From: Patescibacteria group bacterium
Lineage (GTDB): Bacteria > Patescibacteriota > CPR2 > UBA1875 > CAIMLA01
Length of the DNA: 63,429 bases
Reading direction: 5' to 3'
NCBI GenBank assembly: GCA_028718325.1
Contig: JAQUMB010000001.1
Coordinates: 1-63,429 of the forward strand
A model generated the notes under the pieces. That model did not search any database. It saw nothing but the letters and a program-made list of their open reading frames with translations, and was not told the origin of the DNA. How positions within the stretch are numbered: position 1 is the first letter of the stretch; every line of letters starts with the position of its first letter. Positions 61,874-63,429 of the stretch are shown here, piece after piece. The translations under genes were made by a program, and so were the position numbers.

Positions 61874-63068
61874 TACTAAGCCCCGCTTCTTTTTTGTCAT
61901 GAACAGTTGTATATTCTCTTATTTTTGAAGTCATGTTCTTCGCTACATCTATCACATGTTTTCTATACCGTGCGGCCAAATATATAAATGCGAGAACTGC
62001 CGTATCCAAAATAAAGTTATAGAAAACATTTGATGGAAGAGAAACCATCCAGATATGCAAAGGATAAAGAATGACAGCGGAGAGACCGTAAACAAAAAGC
62101 GGACTCTTTCCTAAAGTTTCAAAAATGCCAAAAGTCCTATTGGCAATCTGCGTCTCATACTTTCTCACCACAAGATATAGGGCTATAAAACAAATAAAAT
62201 CTAGGCTCAATCGCCCTATACCTAAAATATTTTTTTCAAAATAAGTTCCCGTTGAGCTATAAAAATTATTTAACAAGATAATCGTTGAGCTTACGAAATT
62301 AGGCAAAAAGATAACATAACTATAAGAATTTTTTACTAAATTTGAGAGATAAATTAATATCCCATTGAAAATAATAGCACCAACGGCAATCCCGACTACT
62401 AAATAACTAATCTTTTTTTGTAGTGGCTTTGTCATTACCTTAAACTTTTTTTCAGTTACGGGTAGATAATAACCAGCGACTATTCCAAAGAAAAATAGTA
62501 TTTGCCAACCCATATTAAAGCTGGTTCCACGGAATGCCCATATGGCCGCACTTGCTATTAGAATCAACCACCACTTTCGTTTTGCAATAAAATAGAGTGC
62601 AAGAGGAGCGAAAAATATAAAAACGACAAAGTGAACCCAGTAATCAGCCCACCCATAAACATATTGTAAGGTTAATGTTTGATAAATAAGATTGGAGAGA
62701 TTGGTTTGTAATATGTCGAGCTTAGTCCCAGGAGGTAACCCAGCACTTATCCCCCAAAAAGTAAAAAGTAAGGTGAAAAATACCGACCATAGGTACAGCT
62801 TCCCTGATCGTAACCAAATCTTTTTAGTAGTTTTTTTGGCGTTTTTTGTAAATTTTGGACCATAGACATAACCAATCAAAAGTCCAGAAATTAGGAAAAA
62901 ACCTTCAGCCGCTGAAACCCAAAATAACCCACGGCCCGTAATAATATCATAGATAGACGGAAAGCGTTCTATGTGATTAACAATAATTACAAACATAAAA
63001 TACCCTCGGAGTAAATCAAGTCCCAGGATTCTTGGGTTATTAGTTTTTTGTATTAAATCTGTTTGCAC
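61866..63068 (-). CDS. integral-membrane acyltransferase (acyltransferase-3 / OpgC-like family)
   Basis: 400 aa, about 10 TM. N-terminal ILGLDLLRGYFMFVIIVNHIERF matches the family pattern (conserved His). Confidence 0.72.
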   Translation of the reverse strand: MQTDLIQKTNNPRILGLDLLRGYFMFVIIVNHIERFPSIYDIITGRGLFWVSAAEGFFLISGLLIGYVYGPKFTKNAKKTTKKIWLRSGKLYLWSVFFTLLFTFWGISAGLPPGTKLDILQTNLSNLIYQTLTLQYVYGWADYWVHFVVFIFFAPLALYFIAKRKWWLILIASAAIWAFRGTSFNMGWQILFFFGIVAGYYLPVTEKKFKVMTKPLQKKISYLVVGIAVGAIIFNGILIYLSNLVKNSYSYVIFLPNFVSSTIILLNNFYSSTGTYFEKNILGIGRLSLDFICFIALYLVVRKYETQIANRTFGIFETLGKSPLFVYGLSAVILYPLHIWMVSLPSNVFYNFILDTAVLAFIYLAARYRKHVIDVAKNMTSKIREYTTVHDKKEAGLSNE

Positions 63069-63232
63069 TAATCTTCCATTATTTTGATGCTTAGCAACAT
63101 TTTCTATTTGATTTTTGCTTTTGTCCTTTTTACATTCTATTATTAACCTGAAAAATTGCTGAAAGCTTAAGAAAAAGTTGTATCAATATTTTCAAAATTC
63201 TTTTGTTAATTCTATTCCGGTAAGGGTTCAAT

Positions 63233-63271
63233 AAAAAAAAACACGAAATTCATTGAAAATCGTGTTTTTTT
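63233..63271 (-). terminator. intrinsic terminator distal to repeat copy E
   Basis: A-run, stem ACACGA/TCGTGT, T-run. It is symmetrical. Confidence 0.6.
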
Positions 63272-63275
63272 ATAC

Positions 63276-63332
63276 TTGGAACTTTGGTTCCATGAAGCAC
63301 ATATTGGCGAGCCGAGATACGCTGGAGCCTAT
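63276..63332. repeat. intergenic mosaic repeat, copy E
   Basis: TTGGAACTTTGGTTCCATGAAGCACATATTGGCGAGCCGAGATACGCTGGAGCCTAT aligns with copy D. Confidence 0.6.
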
Positions 63333-63429
63333 TTGGGCAAAAGAGACTTCATTCGTTTGGCGATAAGGTTGGTGGCATATACCGGATTGATTCGGTAAAG
63401 CAGGTTCATCATATTGGAATCTTTGCCGG
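63329..63429 (-). CDS. 3' end of an unidentified CDS that continues beyond the window
   Basis: The open frame ...GKDSNMMNLLYRINPVYATNLIAKRMKSLLPK-stop has composition typical of this genome. A second frame is also open, so this call is tentative. Confidence 0.35.
   Translation of the reverse strand, partial: GKDSNMMNLLYRINPVYATNLIAKRMKSLLPK

Noticed and set aside
57411-63332. An integron-like cassette array (CALIN) interpretation of the repeat family. The basis was co-oriented ORFs each followed by an imperfect palindrome, with GTTAGAT/ATCTAAC matching the attC core consensus GTTRRRY/RYYYAAC in copies A and D.
   Set aside because: - Only two of five copies carry the core-like heptamer, and they are in opposite orientations relative to the genes.
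- No copy shows paired R''/R' boxes at both ends.
- No integrase or attI is present.
- Several genes have their own promoters.
I kept it only as a control test.
1-63429. Window-wide scan for CRISPR arrays, rRNA genes, IS elements, transposases, integrases, prophage structural genes, toxin-antitoxin pairs and restriction-modification genes.
   Set aside because: I recognised none. The only regularly repeated sequences are the coding PT repeats and the 57-63 kb mosaic repeats.

Overview
This is a 63.4-kb chromosomal window from a gene-dense, low-GC bacterium that uses the standard genetic code. My spot counts for ordinary genes are 18 G+C of 60 nt at 16981-17040 and 24 of 60 at 11041-11100.

Gene content points to a small-genome, monoderm-type lineage, probably Patescibacteria/CPR-like. 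That placement is inference only. Supporting content: murA, murD, murT-gatD, a sortase-type anchored protein, CHAP and M23 hydrolases, and many short conserved hypotheticals (DUF4446, DUF3048, TM2, an RRM protein, an EF-like beta-barrel protein).

Most of the window is housekeeping:
- tRNA synthetases and translation genes: argS, thrS, infC-rpmI-rplT, rpmB, rplY.
- tRNA modification: miaA, miaB.
- Trans-translation and cell-envelope genes: smpB, murA/D/T, gatD.
- Glycosyltransferases, metal transporters (ZIP, Nramp) and a MacB-type ABC pair.

RNA genes I can support: five tRNAs (Val-GAC, Leu-CAG, Pro-GGG, Thr-CGU, Gly-CCC, all with encoded CCA), tmRNA, an unusually long type-A RNase P RNA, and a T-box leader upstream of thrS.

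I saw no rRNA, CRISPR array, transposase, integrase or reverse transcriptase.

Items worth a second look:
1. A clear heliorhodopsin gene (59425-60210), with no retinal-synthesis genes in the window.
2. A degenerate, mosaic, hairpin-containing repeat family. It occupies every intergenic spacer of the co-oriented minus-strand gene run from 57.4 to 63.4 kb, which includes the heliorhodopsin gene.
3. Two compositionally foreign, GC-rich islands next to tRNA genes (14.39-14.94 kb and 48.23-51.45 kb). The larger one encodes Pro/Thr-repeat surface proteins, one with an LPXTG-like anchor. Both are driven by nearly identical native-looking promoters.
4. A kinase / P-loop / histidine-phosphatase operon of unknown role.

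All functional calls come from motif recognition by eye. No database search was run.
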